The notes under the pieces were generated by a model that did no database searches, had not been told where the DNA came from, and worked only from the letters and a program-made list of their open reading frames with translations. A stretch of DNA of 64,000 nt, taken from assembly GCA_037189525.1 (NCBI GenBank), contig JBBCJC010000005.1, positions 96,001 to 160,000 of the forward strand. Direction: 5' to 3'. This DNA is from Gemmatimonadales bacterium. GTDB lineage: Bacteria > Gemmatimonadota > Gemmatimonadetes > Gemmatimonadales > GWC2-71-9. Within the stretch, counting starts at the first letter, position 1. Every line of letters begins with the position of its first letter. The position numbers were made by a program, and so were the translations under genes. Shown here one piece after another: positions 20,042 through 30,683 of the stretch.

Positions 20042-22468
20042 ATGAAGAAGCCGAAGAAGAAGCGGTCAGCCGATCACCCAGGCGACCGTCTGACCGACCC
20101 TGCCCCCGTTCCGGCGGACCAACCCGCCACCCGATTGGCCCTCCCCGGCAAACTGGCCCTGGCTGGCAGCCTGCTAACCGGCGCGTTCTTCGGATGGCTG
20201 ACCCCCGACATCGCGGAAGCCCAGGTTCCCACCGATCCCGAATCGACTCGCCAGACCGTCCGACAGTTCGACATTGCCCCCGGCACCCTTCGGACCGTCC
20301 TGGAACAGTTCCAGGCTCAGACCCGGATTCGCACCATTCCCCCGGCCGGGATCTCACTCGATGCTCCATCACCCGGCCTGACCGGTGCCTTTACACCGGA
20401 AGCCGCGTTGCGACAGATCCTCACGGGGACCTATCTGACCTTCCGGTTCGAAGGGCCCACGCTCGTTCGCCTCGTGCGCGCGGCGCCCGATGCGGATACC
20501 CCGGTCCGCCTGGCCGAGGTAACCGTCGCCGCGGCTCCGGTGCCCGCGCCAAGTTCGCCGAAACTCAACGGACCGCTGCGGGACACGCCCCAGACGATCA
20601 CCATCGTCTCGTCGAAGCTGATCGAGCAGCAGGGCGCGGTGACCCTGCGCCAGGTCCTCCGCAACGTACCCGGCGTGACCATCAACGCCGGTGAAGGAGG
20701 CGCCACTCCCGGCGACAATTTCAACGTGCGTGGCTTCAGCGCCCGCGGCGACATGTTCGTCGACGGCGTCCGGGATCTCGCCGGATTCAGTCGCGAGTCG
20801 TTCAACATCGAACAGGTCGAGGTGGTCAAAGGACCGGCGTCGACCTACAGCGGACGGGGCTCGACCGGCGGCTCGATCAACACCGTGAGCAAAACGCCCA
20901 AGGCCAGCACCCTGCGGCAGATCCAGGCCGGGATCGGCAGCGCAGACTATCAACGGGTCACCGCCGACCTCAATCAGCCGCTGGGCAACGGCGCCGCCGT
21001 CCGGGTCAACGCGCTCTATCACGATGCGGATATACCGGCCGTGGATGTCGTCACCAGCCGCAACTGGGGCATCGCGCCGTCCGTCGCCATCGGCCTGGGT
21101 TCCCGAACCCCGGTGAGCGTCAGCTACGCACATCTCGATATCAAGGGGATTCCCGGCTACGGGATTCAGACCTTCGACAGCGTGCCGCAGCAGTTCGATA
21201 CCCACAAGTTCGTCGGCCTGCTCGCCCGGGATCACGAGTACGTGAAGACCGACCAGGCCACTGCCCGAATCGAGCACCACATCTCACCGAGCCTCCGGGT
21301 CAGCAACCAGTTGGGCTATTCCAAAGCCAGCGTCGACCGGGTCATCACCTTTGCCGGATTCAACGGCGCGCGTTCGTCACGCTCGCACGTCACGTCCGAT
21401 GAAGCCCTGGCCAACCAGACCAACCTGACCGCCGAGTTCGGCACCAGACAGGTGGGACACCGGCTCTCGGTGGGAGTCGATTATACCCGGGAGGAAGGCA
21501 CCTTTACCAACTGGGCGCTCTCGGCCCCGCCGGCCATCACCAACCTTGCCAATCCCAACCCGAACGATCCGGTCACCGGAACGCCGACGCTCAATCCGGC
21601 GCGGCGAACCGTGGGCAAGACCCTCGCCGTCTATGCCTTCGAAACACTGCGGCTGGGCGACAAGATCGAACTGAGCGGTGGACTCCGCTGGGACGACTTC
21701 AGCCCCGAATTCTACCCGGCGTCGAACGCCACCACGATCCCCGACCCGCCGGCCCAGGCATCGGTGCTCAACTGGCGCGCAGGAGCCGTCTTCAAACCGC
21801 GGCCGAACGGCAGCATTTACGCGGCCTATTCGACCTCGTTCAATCCGTCGCTCCAGACGATCCAGTACGAGGGCACCAGCACGCTCGATCCGGAGCGCAA
21901 CCGCAGTCTCGAAGTTGGTACCAAATGGGACGTCGCGGACGGCCGGCTGGCCCTGTCCGCCGCGATCTTCCGCACCGACAAAACCAACGCGCGCACCTCG
22001 GATCCAAACGATCCGGCGCTTGGTACGGTACTCGAAGGAGAACAACGGGTTCAGGGTTTCGAGCTGGGCGCCACCGGGTATCTGACCCCGGCCTGGAGCC
22101 TGTTCTTCGGCTACAGCTATATGGATAGCGAGATCCTCAAATCCCGTAACGCGTCCCAAGTGGGCTCCGGGATGCCGAACGTACCGAAGCACAGCCTCTC
22201 GGCCTGGACCAGCTACGCCGTCGACCAGCGTCTCGATGTCGCGCTGGGCGCCCGCTTCGTCGACGATCGTCTCCTGTCGCTCGGGCGCACCACCATGGTG
22301 CCGAAGTACTGGGCATTCGATGCGACGGGCAGCTACCGCATCCTCAAGGAGCTCGCGCTCAAGATCGAAGTGCACAACCTGACGGACGAACTGTACTACG
22401 AAAGCGGGCGATTCTGGACACCCGCGCCTGGTCGGTCGGTCCGCATGTCGACCCTGATTTCCTTCTGA
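20042..22468 (+). CDS. Fiu/PiuA-like TonB-dependent siderophore receptor with N-terminal STN domain
   Basis: FDIAPGTL...[11 protein letters not shown] (STN); [40 protein letters not shown]; followed by piuC. Confidence 0.92.
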   Translation: MKKPKKKRSADHPGDRLTDPAPVPADQPATRLALPGKLALAGSLLTGAFFGWLTPDIAEAQVPTDPESTRQTVRQFDIAPGTLRTVLEQFQAQTRIRTIPPAGISLDAPSPGLTGAFTPEAALRQILTGTYLTFRFEGPTLVRLVRAAPDADTPVRLAEVTVAAAPVPAPSSPKLNGPLRDTPQTITIVSSKLIEQQGAVTLRQVLRNVPGVTINAGEGGATPGDNFNVRGFSARGDMFVDGVRDLAGFSRESFNIEQVEVVKGPASTYSGRGSTGGSINTVSKTPKASTLRQIQAGIGSADYQRVTADLNQPLGNGAAVRVNALYHDADIPAVDVVTSRNWGIAPSVAIGLGSRTPVSVSYAHLDIKGIPGYGIQTFDSVPQQFDTHKFVGLLARDHEYVKTDQATARIEHHISPSLRVSNQLGYSKASVDRVITFAGFNGARSSRSHVTSDEALANQTNLTAEFGTRQVGHRLSVGVDYTREEGTFTNWALSAPPAITNLANPNPNDPVTGTPTLNPARRTVGKTLAVYAFETLRLGDKIELSGGLRWDDFSPEFYPASNATTIPDPPAQASVLNWRAGAVFKPRPNGSIYAAYSTSFNPSLQTIQYEGTSTLDPERNRSLEVGTKWDVADGRLALSAAIFRTDKTNARTSDPNDPALGTVLEGEQRVQGFELGATGYLTPAWSLFFGYSYMDSEILKSRNASQVGSGMPNVPKHSLSAWTSYAVDQRLDVALGARFVDDRLLSLGRTTMVPKYWAFDATGSYRILKELALKIEVHNLTDELYYESGRFWTPAPGRSVRMSTLISF

Positions 22469-22478
22469 CACCTCAACG

Positions 22479-22505
22479 GGCCGTCCGCGCACCTTGCGGA
22501 CGGCC
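22479..22505. repeat. 10-bp perfect stem-loop between receptor and piuC
   Basis: GGCCGTCCGC-N7-GCGGACGGCC, no U-tract. Confidence 0.6.
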
Positions 22506-22533
22506 GCACTTGCCCTACGAAACGAGTCCATCG

Positions 22534-23214
22534 ATGCTGTTCCATATCCCGGAGGTGCTGACGGCGGCGCAGGTTGCTGAGGTGCGCGCCCAACTCGACC
22601 AGGCCGTCTGGGTCGACGGTAAGGTCACGGCCGGTCACCAGTCCGCCCAGGCCAAGCACAACGAACAGGTGCCGGAAGATCATCCGGTCGCCCGCCAGCT
22701 GGGCGATCTGATCCTCCAGGCCCTGCAGCACCATCCGACCTTCATTGCCGCGGCGCTGCCGCTCAAGGTCTTCCCGCCGCTGTTCAACCGGTACCAGGGC
22801 GGACAAGCCTTCGGCACACACGTCGACAATGCCATCCGCCAGGTTGTCGGTACTCCGTTCCGGATTCGGACCGATCTGTCGGCCACCCTCTTTCTGAGCG
22901 CCCCCGACGAATACGACGGCGGTGAGCTCGCCATCGAGGACACCTACGGGGTCCACAGCGTCAAGCTGCCGGCCGGCCATCTGGTGCTCTACCCTTCGAC
23001 CAGCCTTCACCATGTCCGACCCGTGACCCGCGGCGCCCGGGTCGCGTCGTTCTTCTGGCTCCAGAGCATGGTGCGCGACGACGGCCAACGGGCGCTCCTC
23101 TGGGACCTCGACACCGCCATCCAACACATCGGTCGAGATGTCCCCGACCACCCGGCCACGGTACAGTTGACGGGCGTATATCACAACCTGATCCGCCGCT
23201 GGGCCGACGCCTAA
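22534..23214 (+). CDS. piuC: PKHD-type Fe(II)/2-oxoglutarate dioxygenase (PiuC/YbiX)
   Basis: [51 protein letters not shown]. Confidence 0.94.
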   Translation: MLFHIPEVLTAAQVAEVRAQLDQAVWVDGKVTAGHQSAQAKHNEQVPEDHPVARQLGDLILQALQHHPTFIAAALPLKVFPPLFNRYQGGQAFGTHVDNAIRQVVGTPFRIRTDLSATLFLSAPDEYDGGELAIEDTYGVHSVKLPAGHLVLYPSTSLHHVRPVTRGARVASFFWLQSMVRDDGQRALLWDLDTAIQHIGRDVPDHPATVQLTGVYHNLIRRWADA

Positions 23215-23225
23215 CGTCCCTCCCC

Positions 23226-23266
23226 AAACGACGATGTCCCGCAACGCACCGAGCGCTGCGGGACAT
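23226..23266 (-). terminator. Terminator for clpB (possibly bidirectional)
   Basis: ATGTCCCGCA/TGCGGGACAT stem; minus-strand tail CGTCGTTT. Confidence 0.6.
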
Positions 23267-23288
23267 GGTCATGAACCGGCAAAGAGAA

Positions 23289-25886
23289 TCAGCGGCGCTC
23301 GATCGTCAACTCGCTCCCGCTCCGGTCGACCAGAACGGTATCACCCTCCTCGTAGCTTCCCGCCAGCAGAGCCGATGCGATCGGATTCTGCAGCATGCGC
23401 TGGATCGCGCGCTTGAGCGGGCGCGCACCATAGACCGGATCGTAGCCCCGCTCGGCCAGCAGCGAACGAGCCTCCGGCGTGACCTCCAGTACCAGGTTCT
23501 TGGCGCGCACCAGTGCCGCCAGCCGCTCGACCTGCAGGTCGACGATGCGGGCAATGTCCCGCTCCGACAGCGGATGGAAGACGACGATGTCGTCGACCCG
23601 GTTGAGGAACTCCGGCCGGAAATGGCTCCTGAGTTCGGTGCGGACCCGGTCTTCGACCGCCGACCACTGCTCCGTCCCGACCACCGCCGCGGCATCGACG
23701 ATCAGATGGCTCCCGATGTTGGAGGTCATGATCACCACGGTGTTCCGGAAGTCGACCTGTCGCCCCTGGCTGTCGGTCAGACGGCCGTCATCGAGCAACT
23801 GCAGGAGGACGTTGAACACGTCCGGATGCGCCTTCTCGATTTCGTCGAACAGAACCACGCTGTACGGGCGCCGGCGGACGGCTTCAGTGAGCTGGCCGCC
23901 CTCTTCGTACCCGACGTATCCCGGCGGCGCGCCGATCATCCGGGCCACCGAGTGCTTCTCCATATACTCCGACATGTCGAGCCGGACCATCGCCCGCTCG
24001 TCGTCGAAGAGGAACTCGGCCAGGGCTCGCGCCGTTTCCGTTTTACCGACACCGGTCGGGCCCAGGAAGATGAACGAGCCGGTCGGCCGATGCGGGTCCT
24101 GCAACCCGGCCCGGCTCCGTCGCACCGCGTTGGCCACCGCAGCAAGCGCTTCGGCCTGGCCCACCACCCGGTGGCCAAGTTCGGCCTCGAGCTTCGAGAG
24201 CCGCTCCCGTTCGGATTCGAGCATCCGGGTTACCGGAATCCCGGTCCACCGCGCGACGATCTCGGCGATGTCCTCGTAATCGACCTCTTCCTTGAGGTAC
24301 TTGGCGTTGGCCTGGATCGACGCCAGTCGCTCCTCTTCCCGCGCAATCTCCTGCTCCAGCGCCGGAATTCGTCCATAGCGAAGCTCGGCCGCCTTCTGCA
24401 GATCGCCGCGACGGGTGACCTGATCGACCTCGGTCTTGAGCTGCTCCGCCTCCGCCTTCTTGCTCTGCAAGAGGTGGATCGCCGCCTTCTCGGCCTGCCA
24501 CTGCGCCTTCATCCCCGCCGACGTCTCCTTGAGCTCGGCAATTTCCCGCTCGACGGCCTCACGGCGCTCGACACCGGCCTTGTCCTTTTCCTTGAGCAGA
24601 GCCTGGCGCTGGATCTCGAGCTGCAGCACTCGACGCTCGACCTCGTCGATTTCGAGCGGCATGCTGTCGATTTCGATCCGCAGCTTGCTGGCCGCTTCGT
24701 CGACCAGGTCGATGGCTTTGTCCGGCAGGAAACGATCGCCGATGTAGCGATCGCTCAAGGTCGCCGCCGCCACCAGCGCGTTGTCGGTAATCCGCACGCC
24801 GTGATGGACTTCGTACTTCTCCTTGAGCCCCCGCAAAATCGCGATGGTGTCCTCGACACTCGGCGCCCCGACCACCACCGGCTGGAAGCGCCGTTCGAGC
24901 GCCGCATCCTTTTCGACATGCTTGCGGTACTCGTCCAGCGTGGTCGCACCCACGACATGGAGTTCGCCCCGCGCCAGGGCGGGCTTGAGCATGTTGCTCG
25001 CGTCGACCGCGCCCTCGGCGGCGCCAGCCCCCACCAGGGTATGCAGCTCGTCGATAAAGACGATGAAGCGCCCCTCCGCTTCGGTCAGTTCCTTGACGAC
25101 CGACTTGAGGCGCTCCTCGAACTCGCCACGGTACTTGGCGCCGGCCAGCAGCTGGCCGATGTCGAGTGCGACGATCTCCTTGTCCCGGAGGCTCTCCGGT
25201 ACGTCACCCTCCACGATCCGCTGCGCCAGCCCCTCGACGATGGCCGTTTTACCCACGCCCGGCTCACCGATCAAAACCGGATTGTTCTTGGTGCGACGAG
25301 AGAGAACCTGCATGACCCGGCGGACCTCTTCGTCCCGGCCGATGACCGGATCGAGTTTTCCGGCGCGGGCCTGATCGGTCAGGTTCCGGGTAAAGCGCTC
25401 CAGCGCCTGGTATTTGTCTTCGGGCGACTGATCGGTCACCCGATGGCTGCCGCGGACCCCGGCCAGGGCATCCCGCAGATCGTCGGCGCTGACGCCGAGC
25501 CCGGTGATGATCATCCGGGCGGCGGAGCCTTTTTCGTCGACCAGGGCGAGCAGAAGGTGCTCGGTGGAGACGTAATTGTCGCCCAGTTCCTTGGCGTCCT
25601 TTTCGGCCCGATCGAACACCGCATGGAGTTCCCGGCTCAGGGTCGGCTCGACCCCGCCGGACTGGGTCGGCAGCTTGGCGAGCTCCCGTTCCGCCGCGTC
25701 GACCAGCGCCGTCACATTGAGTCCAGCCTTCTGCAGCAACGGGCGGACGACCCCTTCTTCCTGCTCCAGTAGAGCAGCGAAGAGATGGGCGTCATTGGCG
25801 ACGGGATTGCCGCGGCTCTTCGCAAGCTCGATGGCATCGCGAAAGGCTTCCTGCCCCTTGATCGTCAAACGTTCCGGTCGAATCAT
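23289..25886 (-). CDS. clpB: Chaperone ClpB
   Basis: Two AAA+ modules ([16 protein letters not shown]), long coiled-coil M domain, YGARPLKR. Confidence 0.98.
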   Translation of the reverse strand: MIRPERLTIKGQEAFRDAIELAKSRGNPVANDAHLFAALLEQEEGVVRPLLQKAGLNVTALVDAAERELAKLPTQSGGVEPTLSRELHAVFDRAEKDAKELGDNYVSTEHLLLALVDEKGSAARMIITGLGVSADDLRDALAGVRGSHRVTDQSPEDKYQALERFTRNLTDQARAGKLDPVIGRDEEVRRVMQVLSRRTKNNPVLIGEPGVGKTAIVEGLAQRIVEGDVPESLRDKEIVALDIGQLLAGAKYRGEFEERLKSVVKELTEAEGRFIVFIDELHTLVGAGAAEGAVDASNMLKPALARGELHVVGATTLDEYRKHVEKDAALERRFQPVVVGAPSVEDTIAILRGLKEKYEVHHGVRITDNALVAAATLSDRYIGDRFLPDKAIDLVDEAASKLRIEIDSMPLEIDEVERRVLQLEIQRQALLKEKDKAGVERREAVEREIAELKETSAGMKAQWQAEKAAIHLLQSKKAEAEQLKTEVDQVTRRGDLQKAAELRYGRIPALEQEIAREEERLASIQANAKYLKEEVDYEDIAEIVARWTGIPVTRMLESERERLSKLEAELGHRVVGQAEALAAVANAVRRSRAGLQDPHRPTGSFIFLGPTGVGKTETARALAEFLFDDERAMVRLDMSEYMEKHSVARMIGAPPGYVGYEEGGQLTEAVRRRPYSVVLFDEIEKAHPDVFNVLLQLLDDGRLTDSQGRQVDFRNTVVIMTSNIGSHLIVDAAAVVGTEQWSAVEDRVRTELRSHFRPEFLNRVDDIVVFHPLSERDIARIVDLQVERLAALVRAKNLVLEVTPEARSLLAERGYDPVYGARPLKRAIQRMLQNPIASALLAGSYEEGDTVLVDRSGSELTIERR

Positions 25887-25976
25887 CGATTCCTCGAGTC
25901 AGTCATTCGTGCCGCGACGGCTTCGCCTGCCAGCTCGTCTTTCATTTTAGGTAACATTTCCACGTCAGACGAAGAG

Positions 25977-25990
25977 GCAACCGCCGTACC
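25977..25990 (-). promoter_or_regulatory. Candidate sigma54 (-24/-12) promoter for clpB
   Basis: Minus strand GGTACGGCGGTTGC = GG-N10-GC, close to TGGCACG-N4-TTGC. Confidence 0.55.
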
Positions 25991-26088
25991 TTGGAAATCG
26001 GCCTGTATGGCACAACACCAACGACATGAATGACAATAGCTTACCTCGTGTTACCTAAGACCCTATCTTGGCTGCGCCGAAATGGCAG

Positions 26089-26859
26089 CTACTTCGCCGG
26101 ATGAACCCAACTCGGCTCGGACCAGAAGCCCAATGCCGGCAGCGCGGCCCCGTCTCCCAGGTGGTACCGGACGTAGCGATCGAGCAGCCGACGGTGCGCC
26201 GCCAGGTAGCGGCCGTCCAGCGCGGGCAGGTCGCCCCGCCCCTCGATCAGCGCCTCCAGGTCCCGCAGATCGTCCGGGCTCAATCGGCTGGTCTCGACCG
26301 TACGCGCGCAGGTTGGGCAGAGCACCCCGCCGTGGGCCGGGGAGAACGCGACAGCCCCCTGCTCCCGCCGAACCGGCATCCCGTCGCGAGCGCAGACGCC
26401 CAGCGTCGGAGCAAAGCCGAGATGCGCCACGAGGCCCCAGATCGAGCGGAGCCCCACGACGGCGACCACCTCCGCCGGGATCCCCTCCAGCACGTCGAGG
26501 GCATGACGAAAGAAGTCGTAGGTCGCGGCGTGCCGGTCGCTGGGGGCAAACCGGAGCATCAACTCGCCCAGGACCGTGGCCACGGCGTAGCGCTCGATGT
26601 TGGTCGCCAGCGCTTCGGGAACGCGGCCGACGTCGAACGCGCTCAGGGTGTGGAGATCGGAATGGCGGGCCAGGTGGATCGTCGCGGTTCCGTCGCTCAA
26701 GATCTGGAGCGAGGCACCGAAGGCACTGCGGGGTCGCCGGGCGCCCTTGGCAATGACGCTGACGACGCCGAGTTCCCGGGTCGCCAGCCGGGCAATCTTC
26801 GAGCTTTCACCGTACGGGATGGTGGACAGAATGGTGGCCGGTGTTTCGATCGGGGCCAT
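26089..26859 (-). CDS. recO: DNA repair protein RecO
   Basis: YGESSKI, IAKGARR, LGFAPTLGVCARDG, GGVLCPTC. Confidence 0.92.
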   Translation of the reverse strand: MAPIETPATILSTIPYGESSKIARLATRELGVVSVIAKGARRPRSAFGASLQILSDGTATIHLARHSDLHTLSAFDVGRVPEALATNIERYAVATVLGELMLRFAPSDRHAATYDFFRHALDVLEGIPAEVVAVVGLRSIWGLVAHLGFAPTLGVCARDGMPVRREQGAVAFSPAHGGVLCPTCARTVETSRLSPDDLRDLEALIEGRGDLPALDGRYLAAHRRLLDRYVRYHLGDGAALPALGFWSEPSWVHPAK

Positions 26860-26890
26860 GGAACCCGTTACCTCGGCCGACCAGGCCGGA

Positions 26891-27979
26891 TCACTGGGCC
26901 GTCAGCCCGACTTGCCCGCCCAGTCCCGGCAACTGAACCAGCGTCACGGCCACCGGGCAGACGCCAACCGCGAGGTCCCGCGCCTGCGTCAGGTCCGGCC
27001 GGAAGACCCGGAGACGGCCGGCCTGGCCGGTTTCGCATCCAGTGGCCTCGATTGCGTAGATCCGGCCGGCGGGGTCAACCGCTGCCGCAACGTTACTCAG
27101 GACGAAGATCCCCTCGCCGGCGCCGCGGACCACCCGACGGGTCCGGGTGTTGAACTCCATCAGCCCGTCGCGAATCGAGGTCACGAACAGGCGCTCGGCG
27201 CCGTCGGAGGCCACCCCCCAAGGCACGAAGCCAAAGCCGGCAAAGCTGCCGACCTCCTGCCGCTGGATCGGATCGACGATGCTGAGCCGGCCGGAGACCT
27301 CGCTGGTCGTGTCGCCGGTGCTGACGATGTAGATGAGCCCGTCCCCGCCGAGCGTGGCAGACCGGGCGTTGCCGGGACTGGGCAGCGGAATCGAGTCGCG
27401 GCCGACGGCCCGCGCGTTGGTCTGCGGATCGACCACCGTGATCCAGCTCTCACCGAGCGAGCAGGTCCCTTCCGGACAGGGTTCCACGTTGGCATTGATC
27501 ACGAACAGACGGCCGCGCGTCACGACCAGATCGCGCGGGTACTGGCCCACCTCCACGCTCGCGGTGTCGCCCGTGGTGAGGTTGAGCCGAGTAACGGTAT
27601 TGGTCCCGGCATTCGCGACGTAGGCGACCTCTTCGCTGAGCAACACCACGGCGGACGGCTTGGATCCGGCCGGAAACGTGTACCAGTCCCGGACGTCTTC
27701 CATCCGAAGGTCAAAGACAGCGACGGAGTCGGTGGTGAGGCTCGACACGATGGCGACCCTGCCAACCGCGGAGACATCGGACGCCCCGCCCCGGAGGCCG
27801 GGCGCCAGGATCTTGCGCGACGGCCGCCCAACCTCGGTCGGAATGAGCGAGAGGGTATTTTCGCCGGCATTGACGACGAGAAGTCGTTCTTCGGGCGGCG
27901 GCAGCGGTTCCGTGGTCGCGGCGCAACCCGCCAGACCACCGACCAACAGGAGCGGAAGGAAACGATCGACGACAGCCAT
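26891..27979 (-). CDS. YncE/YVTN beta-propeller lipoprotein (BtuG-like)
   Basis: Lipobox LAGC; repeated VVNAGENTLS, YVANAGTNTVT, VGQYP, VGVCP. Confidence 0.75.
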   Translation of the reverse strand: MAVVDRFLPLLLVGGLAGCAATTEPLPPPEERLLVVNAGENTLSLIPTEVGRPSRKILAPGLRGGASDVSAVGRVAIVSSLTTDSVAVFDLRMEDVRDWYTFPAGSKPSAVVLLSEEVAYVANAGTNTVTRLNLTTGDTASVEVGQYPRDLVVTRGRLFVINANVEPCPEGTCSLGESWITVVDPQTNARAVGRDSIPLPSPGNARSATLGGDGLIYIVSTGDTTSEVSGRLSIVDPIQRQEVGSFAGFGFVPWGVASDGAERLFVTSIRDGLMEFNTRTRRVVRGAGEGIFVLSNVAAAVDPAGRIYAIEATGCETGQAGRLRVFRPDLTQARDLAVGVCPVAVTLVQLPGLGGQVGLTAQ

Positions 27980-28027
27980 CTCAGGAACGATACCGGGACC
28001 GACCGGTTCCGGGCAAATGGAGCCCGG

Positions 28028-28810
28028 TCAGGCTCCGCTCGGCTGACGTCTCGGCACGATCTGCGGCACCCCATCCTCCAGGCGAATCCGCACCGGCCAG
28101 GCAAAGACGCGCTCGATCAGCTCGGGCTCCAGAACCTCGGTCGGGGGGCCGCTCGCGACGGTCCGGCCCTCGTGCATCAGCACCATGGTGTCGGCAAAGC
28201 GCGCGGCCAGGTTGAGATGATGGGTCACCACGAGGCTGGCCATCCCGCCGTCGGTCAGCCGGCGCACCAGTTCGAAGATCTCCATCTCGTGGCCCAGGTC
28301 GAGCGACGCCGTGGGTTCATCCAGCAGCAGGATCGCGGGCTCCTGCGCCAGCGCCCGCGCAATCCGAACCCGCTGCCATTCGCCGCCCGACAGGGTATCG
28401 ATCCGGCGACCGATCAGATGGCTCACGTCGGCCCGCGCCAACCCCGCGGCAATGGCAGCCCGGTCGCCGGGGCCAAGCGGTTCGAGCGCACCAAGCCAGG
28501 CATAGCGGCCGAACCCGACCAGTTCTTCGACCCGCCAGGAAAACGGATAGTCCTCCCGCTGCGCCACGGCGGCAATGCGCCGGGCCCGATCCCGGGCGGT
28601 CCAGCTGTCGATCGAGCGTCCCTCGAGTTCGACCCGGCCGGCGTTCGGCGCTACCGCCCCGATCAGCGTCCGCAGCAAGCTGGTCTTGCCGCTGCCGTTG
28701 GGACCGACCACGGCAACCAGCCGCCCGGGCTCGACCGTCAGGCTAACGTCGTCGACCGCCGGACGGCCGACGCCCGGATAGCGAAGGGTCACGCCATGCG
28801 CGGCAAGCAT
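28028..28810 (-). CDS. Cobalamin/Fe-siderophore ABC transporter ATPase (BtuD-like)
   Basis: GPNGSGKT, LSGGEWQRVRIARALAQEP, LLDEPTASLD. Confidence 0.93.
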   Translation of the reverse strand: MLAAHGVTLRYPGVGRPAVDDVSLTVEPGRLVAVVGPNGSGKTSLLRTLIGAVAPNAGRVELEGRSIDSWTARDRARRIAAVAQREDYPFSWRVEELVGFGRYAWLGALEPLGPGDRAAIAAGLARADVSHLIGRRIDTLSGGEWQRVRIARALAQEPAILLLDEPTASLDLGHEMEIFELVRRLTDGGMASLVVTHHLNLAARFADTMVLMHEGRTVASGPPTEVLEPELIERVFAWPVRIRLEDGVPQIVPRRQPSGA

Positions 28811-29775
28811 CAGGCCAGCGACCGCCGCACCAGCGCGGCAAAGAGCGGCACGCCGATCAACGCGGTGATCGCGCCGATCGGCAGTTCCGCGGGCCGAAGG
28901 ACGGTGCGCGCGACCGCGTCCGCCAGAATCAGCAGCCCGCCACTGGCCACGAACACGGCGGGCAGCAGCGCCGCGTGCCGAGGACCGACCCAACCGCGCA
29001 TGGCATGCGGAGCGAGCAGGCCGACGAACCCGATCATCCCGCTGACCGCGACGCTGGCGGCGGTGAGCAACGCGGTGGCCAGAAAGACGAGCCGTTTGGT
29101 CCGCTCGGTCCGGAGCCCCAGCGCATGGGCCGGTTCATCGCCCAGGGAAAGGAGGTCGAGCGAGCGGGACGCGCCGAAGAGATAGAGGAGCGGCAGCACG
29201 GCGTAGAGGACGAACGCGGTCACGGCCGGCCAGCTCGCCGCCGCGAAGCCGCCCAGCAGCCAGAGAAACGCGTTGCGAAGCTGGGCCGCCTCCGACAAGG
29301 CCAGGAGCGCCGAGGTGAGGGCTCCGCAGAGCGCGGCAACCACCACGCCCACCAGCACCAAAACCCGAGGTTCGAGCCGGGTTCCCTGCACCACCGCCAC
29401 GCTGTAGACGGCCGCGGATGCCGCCAGGGCGCCGACGAATGCCGCAGTCGGCACCGCAAAGAGCCCAGCAAAGCCGAGCGCAATTGCCGCAACCGCTCCC
29501 AGCCCTGCGCCGCCCGAAATGCCCAGCAGATATGGCTCTGCCAGCGGGTTCCGCACCAGCGCCTGGAGCGCAGCGCCGGACACGCCGAGCGCGCCACCGA
29601 CGGCAAAGGCCAGGAGGATCCGCGGCAAGCGAAGCTGCCAGACGATGGCCCCGGCCGGTCCGTCGGGGTGCAGCACCCCGTCGATGACTTGCGGGATCGG
29701 CATGGCCACCGCGCCAATGGCCAGCGCCAGCAGAATTGCCGCCACGGTCGCGAGACCCAACAGCAGCAGTTTCAT
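28810..29775 (-). CDS. FecCD/BtuC-family ABC permease
   Basis: LRLPRILLA, RNPLAEPYLLGISGGA, IGFVGLLAPH, ELPIGAITALIG. Confidence 0.94.
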   Translation of the reverse strand: MKLLLLGLATVAAILLALAIGAVAMPIPQVIDGVLHPDGPAGAIVWQLRLPRILLAFAVGGALGVSGAALQALVRNPLAEPYLLGISGGAGLGAVAAIALGFAGLFAVPTAAFVGALAASAAVYSVAVVQGTRLEPRVLVLVGVVVAALCGALTSALLALSEAAQLRNAFLWLLGGFAAASWPAVTAFVLYAVLPLLYLFGASRSLDLLSLGDEPAHALGLRTERTKRLVFLATALLTAASVAVSGMIGFVGLLAPHAMRGWVGPRHAALLPAVFVASGGLLILADAVARTVLRPAELPIGAITALIGVPLFAALVRRSLA

Positions 29776-30683
29776 CGTCCGGCGGTTTCGAGGACGCTGC
29801 GCAACTGGCGGACGGCCTCGCCGATCCGCGGGCTCGGCCGGTTGAACATCGACCCGGACACCCGGAGCAGACGCCGTTCCCGAACGGCCGGCACGACCTG
29901 CCACTCCGGCTTGGCGAGGAAGGCCGGTTCGCTGTCGCCGACGACCAGGATCCAGTCCGGATCGCGATCGACCACCGATTCGATCGAGACGACGAACGAC
30001 GGGCGCTCGCTGTCGGCATACAGGTTGACCGCACCGGCTCGACGGAGAATCTCGTTGAGGTAGCTTCCCGCGCCGATCACGATGGGCGGGTCGCTCCAGG
30101 TGACGATCAGCACCGTGGGTGGCGTGGCGCTCGATACGGTGGCGGCGTCGAGGTCGGCCCGCGTCTCTGCAACCAGACTGTCACCGGTGGCGGGACGGCC
30201 GAGTGCCGCGGCAAGGAGCCGGGTATCGCGTTCGAAGTCGCTCAGCTGATCGATGCCGATTTCCAGGACCGGAATGCCGAGCCCGCGCAGCTTGGTGATG
30301 GCCGAGACATTGCCCGGCGAGCGATACGCGACCACCAGATCGGGCCGCTGGCCGACTACGGCTTCGACGTTAGGCATCACGCCATCGCCGACCGACGGGA
30401 CCTCGAGCGCTTCGGCCGGATAGTCACACCAGCGGGTTCGGCCGACCAGAGTGGTGCCGGCGCCGAGCGCATAGATCAATTCGGTGGCAGCGGGAATCAG
30501 CGAGACGACGCGCGTGGCCGGTGCGGCCAGGGTTGTGGTGTGGCCGCCGTCATCGGTAAAGGTGATGGCGGGAACCGGGTCGCTGCTGCGAGCACAACCG
30601 GCCAGCCACGCAGCCAGGAGCGCGGCGGCCAGGCGGCGGACGATCCGATCAGGTCCGCCGAGGACGGGTCGCGAGGGCCGCAC
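29772..30683 (-). CDS. BtuF-like periplasmic binding lipoprotein (start uncertain; GTG at 30683)
   Basis: Lipobox LAGC; RVVSLIPAATE, GRTRWCDYP, PNVEAV, NRPSPRI. Confidence 0.88.
   Translation of the reverse strand: MRPSRPVLGGPDRIVRRLAAALLAAWLAGCARSSDPVPAITFTDDGGHTTTLAAPATRVVSLIPAATELIYALGAGTTLVGRTRWCDYPAEALEVPSVGDGVMPNVEAVVGQRPDLVVAYRSPGNVSAITKLRGLGIPVLEIGIDQLSDFERDTRLLAAALGRPATGDSLVAETRADLDAATVSSATPPTVLIVTWSDPPIVIGAGSYLNEILRRAGAVNLYADSERPSFVVSIESVVDRDPDWILVVGDSEPAFLAKPEWQVVPAVRERRLLRVSGSMFNRPSPRIGEAVRQLRSVLETAGR

Noticed and set aside
25887..26088. CIRCE element upstream of clpB
   Set aside because: No TTAGCACTC-N9-GAGTGCTAA
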